Source: Patescibacteria group bacterium (lineage in GTDB: Bacteria > Patescibacteriota > Minisyncoccia > Phycocordibacterales > JACOZG01). From it: 64,000 bases of DNA. The translations under genes were made by a program, and so were the position numbers. Under the pieces are notes generated by a model. That model saw only the letters and a program-made list of their open reading frames with translations. It was not told the origin of the DNA and made no database searches. Of this stretch, positions 20,090 to 28,391 are shown piece by piece; position 1 is the stretch's first letter, and the number at the start of each line of letters is the position of its first letter. The DNA is taken from contig JBBTQW010000001.1 of the NCBI GenBank assembly GCA_038065495.1, positions 44,137 to 108,136 of the forward strand, written 5' to 3'.

Positions 20090-20117
20090 AGTATAGCAAG
20101 CCCACAGGATTTGTCAA
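20090..20117 (-). promoter_or_regulatory. sigma70 consensus promoter module P2 (TTGACA-16-TATACT, then GGGGGTAGAGTG)
   Basis: Reverse complement reads ttgacaaatcctgtgggcttgcTATACTgggggtagagtg, nearly identical to P6. Confidence 0.65.
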
Positions 20118-20158
20118 GTGTTTTGGCAAGATCAAGAGTTTAAATAGCCGAAATACGC

Positions 20159-21145
20159 CTAACTAGAGCCGTTTTTTAGATACTCACTCACAATTTGCTC
20201 AACTTCTGAAGCGCTATTGGTGAGCATTAGCTTCTCACGCAGTTCTTTCGCTCCATCCCAGCCATTTACATACGCTTTATAGTGCTTCTTCATGATCGCG
20301 AAGCTTTTTATTTCTCCCAAAAGTTCAGCAAAAAGCTTAGTATGCTCCAGCATCACACGTAAACGTAACTCCCGCCCCTCGATTCCCCCGGGAAATTTAT
20401 TTTTGGAAAATAGAAATGGATTGCCGAAAATCGCTCGGCCGAGCATCGCGCCATCAGCGCCAGTTGTTGATACTTTTTCTCGCGCATCAGCTAAATCTTT
20501 CAGATCGCCATTGCCAATTATTAAACACGTGCTTCCCGAATTATTTCTAATCTCTACTGCTCTCTTCACTTCTTCCCAACGCGCCGGCACTTTCGACATT
20601 TCTTCGCGCGTGCGCGCGTGGATCGTGATAACCGCTGGCTCTTCAGCCAATAACTCTGGCAACCAGTTTTCTAGCTCATTATTTTTGTAACCCAATCTAG
20701 TTTTGACCGAAACCGGAATATTTTTACCAGCTAATGCTATCCCCTGTTTCGCTGATCTGATTAATTCGCGCGCGAGTTTGGGTGTTTTAATTAAAGCTGC
20801 GCCAGCGCCTTGCTTCTCAATACTCCGGTCCGGACAGCCCATATTAATATCCAAACCATCGAAACCCAGTTCCGCAATCAGCTTGCTTGCCTGCTCCATC
20901 TTGGCCGGCTTGCTTGTAAAAATCTGCGCCACGATTGGCCGCTCTTGTTCAGAATATTTGAGATCATGAAGCAAAACTTCCCGCCCCGGACTCATCAGGC
21001 CATCAGCGGAGACAAACTCCGTCCAGAGTACATCCGGTTTGCCATATTTGGTGATGATTCTTCTGAAAGCGCAGTCAGTCACATCCGCCATTGGCGCAAG
21101 GACGAAAAATGGCTTAGCCAAATCTTGCCAAAAATTTCCACTCAT
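20159..21145 (-). CDS. dus: tRNA-dihydrouridine synthase
   Basis: 328 aa with LAPMADVTDCAFRRII..., the FMN-binding TIM-barrel Dus signature and the catalytic Cys region INMGCP. Confidence 0.9.
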   Translation of the reverse strand: MSGNFWQDLAKPFFVLAPMADVTDCAFRRIITKYGKPDVLWTEFVSADGLMSPGREVLLHDLKYSEQERPIVAQIFTSKPAKMEQASKLIAELGFDGLDINMGCPDRSIEKQGAGAALIKTPKLARELIRSAKQGIALAGKNIPVSVKTRLGYKNNELENWLPELLAEEPAVITIHARTREEMSKVPARWEEVKRAVEIRNNSGSTCLIIGNGDLKDLADAREKVSTTGADGAMLGRAIFGNPFLFSKNKFPGGIEGRELRLRVMLEHTKLFAELLGEIKSFAIMKKHYKAYVNGWDGAKELREKLMLTNSASEVEQIVSEYLKNGSS

Positions 21146-21157
21146 ACTTAATCAAGT

Positions 21158-22042
21158 TTAATTAGCAAATTTATAAAAAACTTTCCCCGGGAAGCGTAAA
21201 TCAAGATATTCTAACTCTTGCTTATTCTTTTGCGCTATTTGATATTCTGTAACAAAATCCGGCGCGAGCAGAGCCGCTTGCAGAGTTAAATTTAATTCAC
21301 TACTCACCTGTTCCAGATTAGCCAAAACTGTGAGTGGCCGAGAGAGCGTATCAGCCGCGCGCGTGGCCGTCAAACGATAATCGCTAGCGCTATTCGCCAC
21401 CAGTTCGCTAATCGCCAAGCCAGATAGAATCGTCTGACTGAACGTGTGATTGAGCGTCGTGATTAAATTAGTGATTTGGGTAAAGTTTTGGACCGAAAAT
21501 GGTCGCGTGTTGAGCGCAAGATTTGGGCCTGATGTGGTAAATCTGACAAAAGATTCGCCGGAGAAAACTGGTGCCGGCGCAAAGGCCAGACCAGACTGAT
21601 CGAGCAAGAAACAGATTTGTGGCTGATCACTACCACACCAGAGATATTGCCCGCGCCGCTCGGCCACAACAATCTTGATCGTTGTAAAGTTCTCGCGTGA
21701 GATTTGCGCTGACTCTAGGGTTGGGAATTGCGCGAGCAAGGCTTGCGCGAGCGCCCGCCGCGGATACCACAGGGCATTGCGCCGTGGTAGCACGAACAAA
21801 TAATCACCGGCGAGAAATTCTTGCGTGGCTTGATCTAAAATATCCTGACTCACTGTTTCTTGACCAGCGATCTGGACTTGGCTGATGAGCAAACGCGAGT
21901 GATTGGCAAAAATAATAAAATCAGCAAGCAGCGCGAGAGCGAGCAACAGCCACAGGCTAGAGCGCCAGAGGCGCTCGCGCTGGCGCCGCGCCAGCGCTTG
22001 CTCGCTAAAAATCGCTTTCTTACTTTGCCGGGCGGCACTCAT
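21158..22042 (-). CDS. FtsQ/DivIB-like cell division protein (TM anchor + POTRA-like region), tentative
   Basis: 294 aa. A TM segment (WRSSLWLLLALALLADFIIF) is followed by ...ISQVQIAGQETVSQDILDQA... resembling the POTRA start of FtsQ. Weak family call. Confidence 0.45.
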   Translation of the reverse strand: MSAARQSKKAIFSEQALARRQRERLWRSSLWLLLALALLADFIIFANHSRLLISQVQIAGQETVSQDILDQATQEFLAGDYLFVLPRRNALWYPRRALAQALLAQFPTLESAQISRENFTTIKIVVAERRGQYLWCGSDQPQICFLLDQSGLAFAPAPVFSGESFVRFTTSGPNLALNTRPFSVQNFTQITNLITTLNHTFSQTILSGLAISELVANSASDYRLTATRAADTLSRPLTVLANLEQVSSELNLTLQAALLAPDFVTEYQIAQKNKQELEYLDLRFPGKVFYKFAN

Positions 22043-24510
22043 GCGTTAGTACTAGTTTGCAAACTCAAAGTGCCAGCGAGCCAAGTGGCGCTCGCGCCCG
22101 GCTTGAGCCGACCACTGATAATGGCATCGGCCACCGCTTGCTCTACGTGATCTTGAATATAACGCGCCATTGGCCGAGCGCCAAAGAGCGGATCACTACC
22201 CTTCTGCACCACTTCGGCCACCAATTCTGGCGTGACTTGGAAAGCGATCCCCTGCTCGCGCAAGCGCAGAACTAATTTCTCTAGCTGGAGCTTAGCCACT
22301 TGCGCTAGATTCTGCTCGCTAAGCGGCTGGAAGATCACAACTTCATCAAATCGGTTCAGCAATTCTGGACGGAAAATGCCCGCCTGCACGATTTGATTGA
22401 TTAGTTCAGCCCGCATCGTGCTGGGATCACGCTTAGCTCTGATCATTTGCCAAATAATTTCGGCGCCGGCATTGGACGTAGCCAAGAAAACGATATTTCG
22501 CGCATTAACTCTCCGACCCAACATATCAGAAAAGTAGCCTTCGTCGAGAATTTGCAAAAATAAATTCAGCACGTCTTTGTTAGTCTTTTCAAATTCATCC
22601 AAGAGCAAGACGCCATAAGGATTCTGGCGCAAAAGCTTGGCGAGTAGGCCAGGTTTACCATCGCTAAACGAGCCGATCAAGCGCGAGAGTGACTCGGCGG
22701 ATTGATACTCGCTCATATCCAGGCGCATCATCGCCTCCTCGCGGCCAAAGAGTACCCGCGCCAAGGCTTTGGCCGTTTCCGTCTTACCCACGCCAGTGGA
22801 GCCGAGGAACAAGAACGAGCCAATCGGGCGTTTCTCGTTCCGCACACCCGCGCGAGCTCGTCTTAGAGCCTCACTAATCGCCGCGAGCGCTGTCTCCTGG
22901 CCAATTACTTGCTTTTTCAGCTCTGTTTCTAGACCCAATAACTTAGCCTGTTCCGGCGCGGCAATCGGACCGAGCGGAATGCCGGTCTTCTCTTGCACAA
23001 AAGTGAGCACTTCATCGCGTTCGATTATTCTCGTCTCTCTCCCCGCTTCTCGCTCATGATTTATCACCCACGGCACAATTTCCGTCAGCAGATCCAACGC
23101 CTGATCAGAAATATTCTCAGACGGAAAATAGCGTTCCGCACTGGTGATTAGTGCTGTTAGTGCCTGATAAGTAAAAAAGATTTGTGACTTATTTTTTGAC
23201 TCTAAATCAACCGCCTGCGTTTCTAGAATTTTTATCAATCTAGTTTGATCAATAGTGGCGACTAATAATTGCTCAAAGCGTTGCAAGAGCGTGTCGCGTG
23301 TTTCTAACTCCCGATGGAAGAGTTCACGATCAGCGAGTGCTACTACCATCAGCGCCGGCGAGATGAGAAACTGATCAAGTAAAGCCGTGATGTTACTGCC
23401 TAAGCGTTCGGCCCCAGCCAGCAAAGCGGGCAAGTCGTCGATAATCAGAATAATATTGCCGGCGCTGATAGCCTCACTCAAGAGCTTGAACAATTCCCGC
23501 TCCAGCAGCTCCCGCTCGCGGAAGGCGGCCAAGAAGAGCGCGGTGTGGAAGAGTATTGGCCGGCGATGTTCCAAGCCGGGCGGCACCGCGCCCAGCGCGA
23601 GCTCGCGCACCAGTTCCCACACAATATCTAGCTTGCCGGAGCCAGCCTCGCCCACCACCAGCGCATTGGCCTCCGCCGAGCGCAAGAGAATAGTGGCGAG
23701 CCGCCGCGCCTCGGCGCGGCGGGCACTGGTGCCCGCGGCCAGCGTGGCCGTGGGCTCGCCCGCGAGCAAGTCCTCGCTGTAGCGGAGCAAGGTCGGCACT
23801 TGGCCATAAGACCAAGTCTTGGCCAAGCCCGGGATGCGCTCTAAGTGCTCGCGACTCCACCAACGCTCGGCTCGCGCTCGCGCTTCGATCTCATTCACGA
23901 TCCACTCCACAGCGCCATCAAGTTCCGCGATTTTAATATTTAAGCTAAATAGCCACTTGCTAAAACTCTCATCATGCTGGTAGAGCCAGTCGGCCAAGCG
24001 GCGCAAAGTGAGCGCCTCTGCGCCGCCCAGTTCTAGTTTGACCACTGTTTGTAAATTAGCGTCGCGTTGCTGGAGAAAGCTCGCAATTTGCTGGTAACTC
24101 ACGCCCAAGCGTTGCATCACAGCGAGACCAGTTGAGGAAGTTAAGAAAGCGCTCCAGACATCATCATTTTTTAACTTAAACAAAATCCGGCCAACGGTGA
24201 AAGTAAACAGATCTGCGCGATGATAATTATTATCCAGAATATTGTCGTAATAATAAGAACGGAAAAAGCACTCTATTAAATAGACTAGTAGAGTTAGTGC
24301 CAGCGTGATCATCGCCAAGCCAATCCAGCGTGAGAGAGCGACAGCGCCGCCTTGCCACCAAGCGTGAGCGAGCAACAAAATCAGACCAAGCGCGAGCAAT
24401 TTGCCAACAAACAACAAAATATTCCGCGCACGACGGGAGATTAATTCTTCCAGCAACAAAACTGGATAGAGACGACTCAAACGAATTTTATCAGCAAGGG
24501 TAGAGGGCAT
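22039..24510 (-). CDS. membrane-anchored Clp/Hsp100-like AAA+ ATPase with a degenerate first ATPase module and an intact ClpA/ClpC-type D2 module
   Basis: 823 aa. The N-terminus has 2-3 TM helices. The first module is degenerate (GEAGSGKLDIV...IILIIDDLP) and the second is a canonical ClpA/B D2 (GSTGVGKTETAKALA...LLDEFEKTNKDVLNLFLQILDEG...FLATSN). GC-rich. Confidence 0.7.
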   Translation of the reverse strand: MPSTLADKIRLSRLYPVLLLEELISRRARNILLFVGKLLALGLILLLAHAWWQGGAVALSRWIGLAMITLALTLLVYLIECFFRSYYYDNILDNNYHRADLFTFTVGRILFKLKNDDVWSAFLTSSTGLAVMQRLGVSYQQIASFLQQRDANLQTVVKLELGGAEALTLRRLADWLYQHDESFSKWLFSLNIKIAELDGAVEWIVNEIEARARAERWWSREHLERIPGLAKTWSYGQVPTLLRYSEDLLAGEPTATLAAGTSARRAEARRLATILLRSAEANALVVGEAGSGKLDIVWELVRELALGAVPPGLEHRRPILFHTALFLAAFRERELLERELFKLLSEAISAGNIILIIDDLPALLAGAERLGSNITALLDQFLISPALMVVALADRELFHRELETRDTLLQRFEQLLVATIDQTRLIKILETQAVDLESKNKSQIFFTYQALTALITSAERYFPSENISDQALDLLTEIVPWVINHEREAGRETRIIERDEVLTFVQEKTGIPLGPIAAPEQAKLLGLETELKKQVIGQETALAAISEALRRARAGVRNEKRPIGSFLFLGSTGVGKTETAKALARVLFGREEAMMRLDMSEYQSAESLSRLIGSFSDGKPGLLAKLLRQNPYGVLLLDEFEKTNKDVLNLFLQILDEGYFSDMLGRRVNARNIVFLATSNAGAEIIWQMIRAKRDPSTMRAELINQIVQAGIFRPELLNRFDEVVIFQPLSEQNLAQVAKLQLEKLVLRLREQGIAFQVTPELVAEVVQKGSDPLFGARPMARYIQDHVEQAVADAIISGRLKPGASATWLAGTLSLQTSTNA

Positions 24511-24516
24511 GATTTT

Positions 24517-24906
24517 TTATTTAAACAACAAGGCTAGACCCAAAACTAAAGCCAAAATAATAATCAACGGCAAAACCAGCCATAGAATTAAAGTAACTGA
24601 GCCGAGCAAAATTACTAATAAATAAACCAAACCACCGAACACGAGCATAATTATTCTGATCACAGCGCCAACCAAACGCATGAGAGAATTGATGAAGAAA
24701 GTCGCAAGCGTAGCGCCGAGATTAAAGCGCGCTGGATAAACTTCGCCCAACCTCTTCCACGGCGCTAATAAAGTTCTGGCTAAAACTGAGATTGAGAAAA
24801 AGTGATAAATAAACCAGAGATAATTGCCCCAGATCACGACCAAATCGCGCCAGGCTAGGGTGTAATGCCACCAGAGATACTCAAACGGTAGGGCCAATAA
24901 CGGCAT
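24517..24906 (-). CDS. hypothetical polytopic membrane protein
   Basis: 129 aa, highly hydrophobic, overlapping the serS stop by about 26 nt. Confidence 0.45.
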   Translation of the reverse strand: MPLLALPFEYLWWHYTLAWRDLVVIWGNYLWFIYHFFSISVLARTLLAPWKRLGEVYPARFNLGATLATFFINSLMRLVGAVIRIIMLVFGGLVYLLVILLGSVTLILWLVLPLIIILALVLGLALLFK

Positions 24907-26143
24907 AGCCTAAATATTTTGCTAAAGCCTCTGGCAACTTAATGCTGCCGTCAGCTTGTTGATAATTCTCGATCAGTGAGACCAAAATTCTTGGCGTCGG
25001 TATAGCCGTGCTATTGAGCGAGTGCGCATATTTTAACTTCCCATCTTCTCCATCGCGATAACGGATATTCAATCTTCTCGTCTGGAAATCATGGAAATAA
25101 GAAGCCGAACTAATCTCGCGATATTTGCCCTCCAGTGGCACCCACAGTTCAATGTCATATTTCTTCACCTGACCCAAACCAAGATCGCCACCGCAGTTCA
25201 CCACCGTGCGATACGGAATGCCGAGCAACTCAATAAATTCTTCCGTATTTCTATTCAGCGCCTCATGCTCTTGCACGGATAAATTGTGATCGGCGGCGCA
25301 GAGCGTGACTTGTTCTAGTTTGTAAAATTCATGAACTCTAATCAAGCCTTTCACATCACGGCTGTGGCTGCCCGCTTCTCTGCGAAAGCACGGCGAGAAG
25401 GCTAAATATTTTACCGGCAAATCAGCTAGTTCTAAAATCTCATCTCCATGCAAGCCCATCGTGGCCACTTCGGCAGTTCCCGCAAGATAATCTGCATCTT
25501 GCGTTTTATACAAGTCCTCTTCGCTCTGCGGCAAAAAGCCCGTGCCCAGCAAATTCTCACGCTTCACCAGCGACGGTACAATAATTGGCGTAAAACCTTT
25601 CTGACTAAAGAAGTCCAGCGCCATTCGCCAGATCGCCATAGAGAGCGTGACGCCAGCGTTCTTGAGAACATAACCTCGGAAACCCGCTACTTTCGTGCCA
25701 CGTTCTAGATCAAGCAAGTTTAATTTAGTCATCAGCTCAATGTGATCTTTGGGAGTAAAATCAAACTTTGGCTTCTCGCCCCAAGTTTTGATCTCCTGAT
25801 TGTCAGCATCGCTCTCACCGTCCGGCACAGAAATATCCGGAATATTCGGCACTTGCAACATCAGCTTCTGCCAGCTTGTCATCAATTCTCGCAGCGCTTC
25901 TTCGCCAGTTTTGAACTTCACTTTCAACTCTTTTAATTTTTCCAAAAGTTCTGGGGTTTTATTTCTGGCCAATTCTTCGCCCAGTTTATTCTGTTCAGAT
26001 CTAAGCGCTTGCACTTCTTGCATCAGTTTTAACCGCTCGTCATCTATTTTCAGTAAATCTTCAACGTTAAAATCCACACGCTTCTTCTTAGCCGCGGCAC
26101 GCACCAGATCAGCATTTTCCCGAATAAACTTGATGTCTAGCAT
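24881..26143 (-). CDS. serS: seryl-tRNA synthetase
   Basis: Start at MLDIKFIRENADLV (the ORF extends 11 codons upstream). An N-terminal coiled coil is followed by class II motifs (FRREAGSHSRDVKGLIRVHEF..., GGDLG...). Confidence 0.9.
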   Translation of the reverse strand: MLDIKFIRENADLVRAAAKKKRVDFNVEDLLKIDDERLKLMQEVQALRSEQNKLGEELARNKTPELLEKLKELKVKFKTGEEALRELMTSWQKLMLQVPNIPDISVPDGESDADNQEIKTWGEKPKFDFTPKDHIELMTKLNLLDLERGTKVAGFRGYVLKNAGVTLSMAIWRMALDFFSQKGFTPIIVPSLVKRENLLGTGFLPQSEEDLYKTQDADYLAGTAEVATMGLHGDEILELADLPVKYLAFSPCFRREAGSHSRDVKGLIRVHEFYKLEQVTLCAADHNLSVQEHEALNRNTEEFIELLGIPYRTVVNCGGDLGLGQVKKYDIELWVPLEGKYREISSASYFHDFQTRRLNIRYRDGEDGKLKYAHSLNSTAIPTPRILVSLIENYQQADGSIKLPEALAKYLGYAVIGPTV

Positions 26144-26221
26144 GTTAAATAAAATTATAACAAAAAAACGCCTCATCTCACAATCAAGTGGGACAAGGCG
26201 TGGCGGACGACAAAACAGAAC

Positions 26222-26545
26222 TTAATCGAATTTGGACTTTAGTGCCTTCTTCAATCGTTCGAAATCTCCATTACTCAAGGGATTGCCCTCACTTTGTTCC
26301 GGGCAATTGTACAAGCGAAGCACGAAAGCATCGGCTTGCGATTTGACCAAATCGAGCTCAGCAATCAACTTTCTAGTCAAAACCTTGAGACGACTCGCAG
26401 TACCAACTCCCATGTTTGGCTTATCAGCCCGACCAAAGCGAAAACGGAAACGAGCTTCCACACTCGGATCTTCAGAAATTATTACCCGAATCACATTAGC
26501 TCGAGCAATTTCAATTTCCGTTAGTTCAGCAAACTCTCGAATCAT
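26222..26545 (-). CDS. hypothetical protein (107 aa)
   Basis: ORF with a plausible context upstream of serS. No recognisable domain. Confidence 0.45.
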   Translation of the reverse strand: MIREFAELTEIEIARANVIRVIISEDPSVEARFRFRFGRADKPNMGVGTASRLKVLTRKLIAELDLVKSQADAFVLRLYNCPEQSEGNPLSNGDFERLKKALKSKFD

Positions 26546-26600
26546 ATGATCCTCCCATGTTTAGAGACCAAGTCCATTCTAATGCTACAATATTCCGCAC

Positions 26601-27467
26601 ATGAGCACAATCAAGCGCTTATCCCCAAGCCAGTTTCCGTCACTTCTGCGCGAAATTAATGACCCGCCGAAAGAGCTATATTTAGAAGGCAAATTGCCGG
26701 ACGCCAGTTTTATTTATCTCACGATCGTTGGCTCGCGCAAATATTCTAGTTACGGCCGAGAAGCTTGTGAGAAAGTTATTGCCGAACTAGCTGGCTATCC
26801 CGTCGCGATTATTTCTGGCTTGGCGGTGGGAATAGACACGATTGCGCATCAAGCAGCACTCCAAGCTGGCTTGCCCACCGTGGCGATCCCGGGTTCGGGC
26901 TTGGGCCGGAATGTGCTCCATCCCAGTTCTAATAAAAAACTCGCTGATGAAATCATAGAAGCCGGTGGCGCGCTCTTGAGTGAATTCCCGCCCGATTATC
27001 CAGCTGGCTTACACACTTTCCCACGCCGAAATAGAATCATGGCTGGCCTCGCGAAAGCTGTGCTGATAGTAGAAGCCGGCGACAAAAGTGGCACGCTGAT
27101 CACAGCGAAATTAGCAACAGATTATAATCGCGACGTCCTCGCCATCCCGGGCTCAATCTTCTCAGCCGGCTCGCTGGGCACGAATAATTTGATCAAGCTT
27201 GGCGCGACGCCGGTTTGCTCGGGTCGTGATTTGCTGATTGGTTTGGGTTTTGACTTACCTGACGAATATGGCCAGCAGAAATTAAATTTAGAGAGTTTAA
27301 CTAAATCAGAACAGAAAGTTTATGAAATCCTAAAGATCGAACCCCTCCCGCGCGACGAATTGATCCGGAATCTCAATCTGCCAATTAGTGAAGCAAATGT
27401 GCTACTAGCGATGATGGAAATTAAGGGAATTATCAAAGAGATGATGGGAGAATTACGGGTGGGGTGA
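26601..27467 (+). CDS. dprA: DNA processing protein DprA (Smf)
   Basis: 288 aa with the Rossmann-like DprA core (VGSRKYSSYGREA..., GLAVGIDTIAHQAALQAG..., GSLITAKLA). Confidence 0.85.
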   Translation: MSTIKRLSPSQFPSLLREINDPPKELYLEGKLPDASFIYLTIVGSRKYSSYGREACEKVIAELAGYPVAIISGLAVGIDTIAHQAALQAGLPTVAIPGSGLGRNVLHPSSNKKLADEIIEAGGALLSEFPPDYPAGLHTFPRRNRIMAGLAKAVLIVEAGDKSGTLITAKLATDYNRDVLAIPGSIFSAGSLGTNNLIKLGATPVCSGRDLLIGLGFDLPDEYGQQKLNLESLTKSEQKVYEILKIEPLPRDELIRNLNLPISEANVLLAMMEIKGIIKEMMGELRVG

Positions 27468-27472
27468 GAAAT

Positions 27473-27506
27473 AAAAAAACCCCGCACCATTTCTGGTTTG
27501 GGGTCT
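27473..27506 (-). terminator. Rho-independent terminator for gene 27539..27838 (hairpin plus T-run on minus strand)
   Basis: Plus strand reads aaaaaaACCCCGCACCatttctGGTTTGGGGT. Confidence 0.5.
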
Positions 27507-27538
27507 TACGAACAGTTCTTGAAGACCAGGGTCGTCTC

Positions 27539-27838
27539 CTAAGCTGGCCAATCCCTGCTGTATGGAGTGGTCATGATCCGCATTGTCTCCCGAGGATCTC
27601 TGGAGAGAATGTGATGACAGGACCGATCATCCAAGAAACCAAACTTGTGGTAGTCTCCCAAGACCATTTGGTCAACCTCGGAGTAGAATGCAAGCGCGCT
27701 GGCGGCAACTTTTTTCAGAACATGTTCGATTCTTGTGCCATCGGGCAGATCGAGCACCTGCATTCTGGGGAAATCGTCCTCCTTAGTAACAACGCCATCA
27801 CCGATGTAAAGGGGGCGATAAACCAATTTAACCTTCAT
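27539..27838 (-). CDS. small hypothetical protein A (99 aa) expressed from consensus promoter P3
   Basis: Strong SD (GGAAGGAGAAAATCC-ATG), promoter P3 upstream and a terminator downstream. The antisense track ORF 27464..27904 is rejected. Confidence 0.6.
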   Translation of the reverse strand: MKVKLVYRPLYIGDGVVTKEDDFPRMQVLDLPDGTRIEHVLKKVAASALAFYSEVDQMVLGDYHKFGFLDDRSCHHILSRDPRETMRIMTTPYSRDWPA

Positions 27839-27917
27839 GGATTTTCTCCTTCCGGCCTTTTGGGGCCAAAAATAAGGTTATTTCTTGTCAAAGTGCTACG
27901 ATAGCACCTCAACCCCC

Positions 27918-27946
27918 AGTATAGCAAATTGCGGTTTATTTGTCAA
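27918..27946 (-). promoter_or_regulatory. sigma70 consensus promoter module P3 (TTGACA-17-TATACT, then GGGGGTTGAGG)
   Basis: Reverse complement reads ttgacaaataaaccgcaatttgcTATACTgggggttgagg. Confidence 0.65.
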
Positions 27947-27966
27947 GTATTATAACTCACCCCCAG

Positions 27967-27993
27967 CCCCCTCTCTTAATTTAAGAGAGGGGG
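27967..27993. promoter_or_regulatory. 27-bp perfect palindrome (CCCCCTCTCTTAA-T-TTAAGAGAGGGGG) between divergent promoters; candidate operator
   Basis: Self-complementary 13+1+13 nt, centred between the -35 of P3 (minus) and a plus-strand TTGACA-16-TAAACT element at 28009-28036. No T-run on either side, so unlikely to be a terminator. Confidence 0.5.
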
Positions 27994-28042
27994 CGAGATG
28001 TTAGAAATTTGACAAAAAAGTAGCTCATGCTAAACTTTCCCA

Positions 28043-28256
28043 AGTTCACACCAGCTGGTAGTCCCTTGACCCCGACGCGTCCGCCGATAACCGCAAGCTT
28101 GGTTTCGGCGTCCGAGGCGACCCGTAGCGTTCGGGAGCCGGCCACGAAAAGTGGTTGGCTCGAGCCCGAGAAAATATCGGATACGTCGGGAAGCATTTTG
28201 GGGATTTCCGTGAACACAGTTTGCATTGGTACTCACTGATGCAAACTGTTTTTTTA
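28043..28256 (+). ncRNA. candidate structured small RNA or topA leader (about 210 nt, GC-rich) ending in a canonical terminator
   Basis: A plus-strand promoter-like TTGACA-16-TAAACT lies at 28009-28036. The GC-rich segment has several hairpins (CCGA...TCGG, GGCCAC-GAAAA-GTGGTT) and ends with ACAGTTTGCAT...ATGCAAACTGT plus T7 at 28215-28256. The overlapping track ORFs are low-complexity and lack an RBS. Confidence 0.35.
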
Positions 28257-28314
28257 TTTCTCACAAATTTGCAACTTGTTAACAATCTGTGCTACTAATG
28301 TAACTTAAGATGAT

Positions 28315-28391
28315 CCCGTTAGAAGTAACTCTTTCTACTTTCGTAACGGAAAAACAAAATTAAAAATTAATATTCTTAAACTTCTAACGGG
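28315..28391 (+). promoter_or_regulatory. 12-bp perfect inverted repeat (CCCGTTAGAAGT ... ACTTCTAACGGG) in the topA 5' leader; the right arm abuts the ATG
   Basis: Left arm 28315-28326, right arm 28380-28391, with the topA ATG at 28392. Could sequester the translation initiation region. Confidence 0.4.

Noticed and set aside
19650-20120. tmRNA or RNase P RNA hypothesis for the P2 transcript
   Set aside because: There is no tRNA-like acceptor or T-arm (GGTTCGA) and no tag reading frame ending in ALAA-like residues. There is no GGAAAGUCCGG / ACAGAANCCCGGCUUA P4 pairing. It is left as an unknown sRNA or small-peptide transcript.
23387-23863. Overlapping ORFs on both strands (Ala/Arg/Ser-rich) inside the Clp-like gene, and similar ones at 53127-53393, 38537-39412 and 12642-12962
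   Set aside because: These are typical GC-rich shadow ORFs within confidently assigned genes. Their composition reflects codon-position bias, not coding.
27464-27904. 146-aa plus-strand ORF antisense to small gene A
   Set aside because: Gene A on the minus strand has a consensus promoter, a strong SD and a terminator. The plus ORF has no RBS and would read through the DprA terminator, so I judge it a shadow ORF.
27981-28285. Three overlapping small ORFs (81, 70 and 79 aa) upstream of topA
   Set aside because: They are low-complexity (Pro/Ser/Thr/Arg-rich), have no SD, and overlap the palindrome, promoter and terminator hairpins. The region is better explained as a regulatory or ncRNA region.
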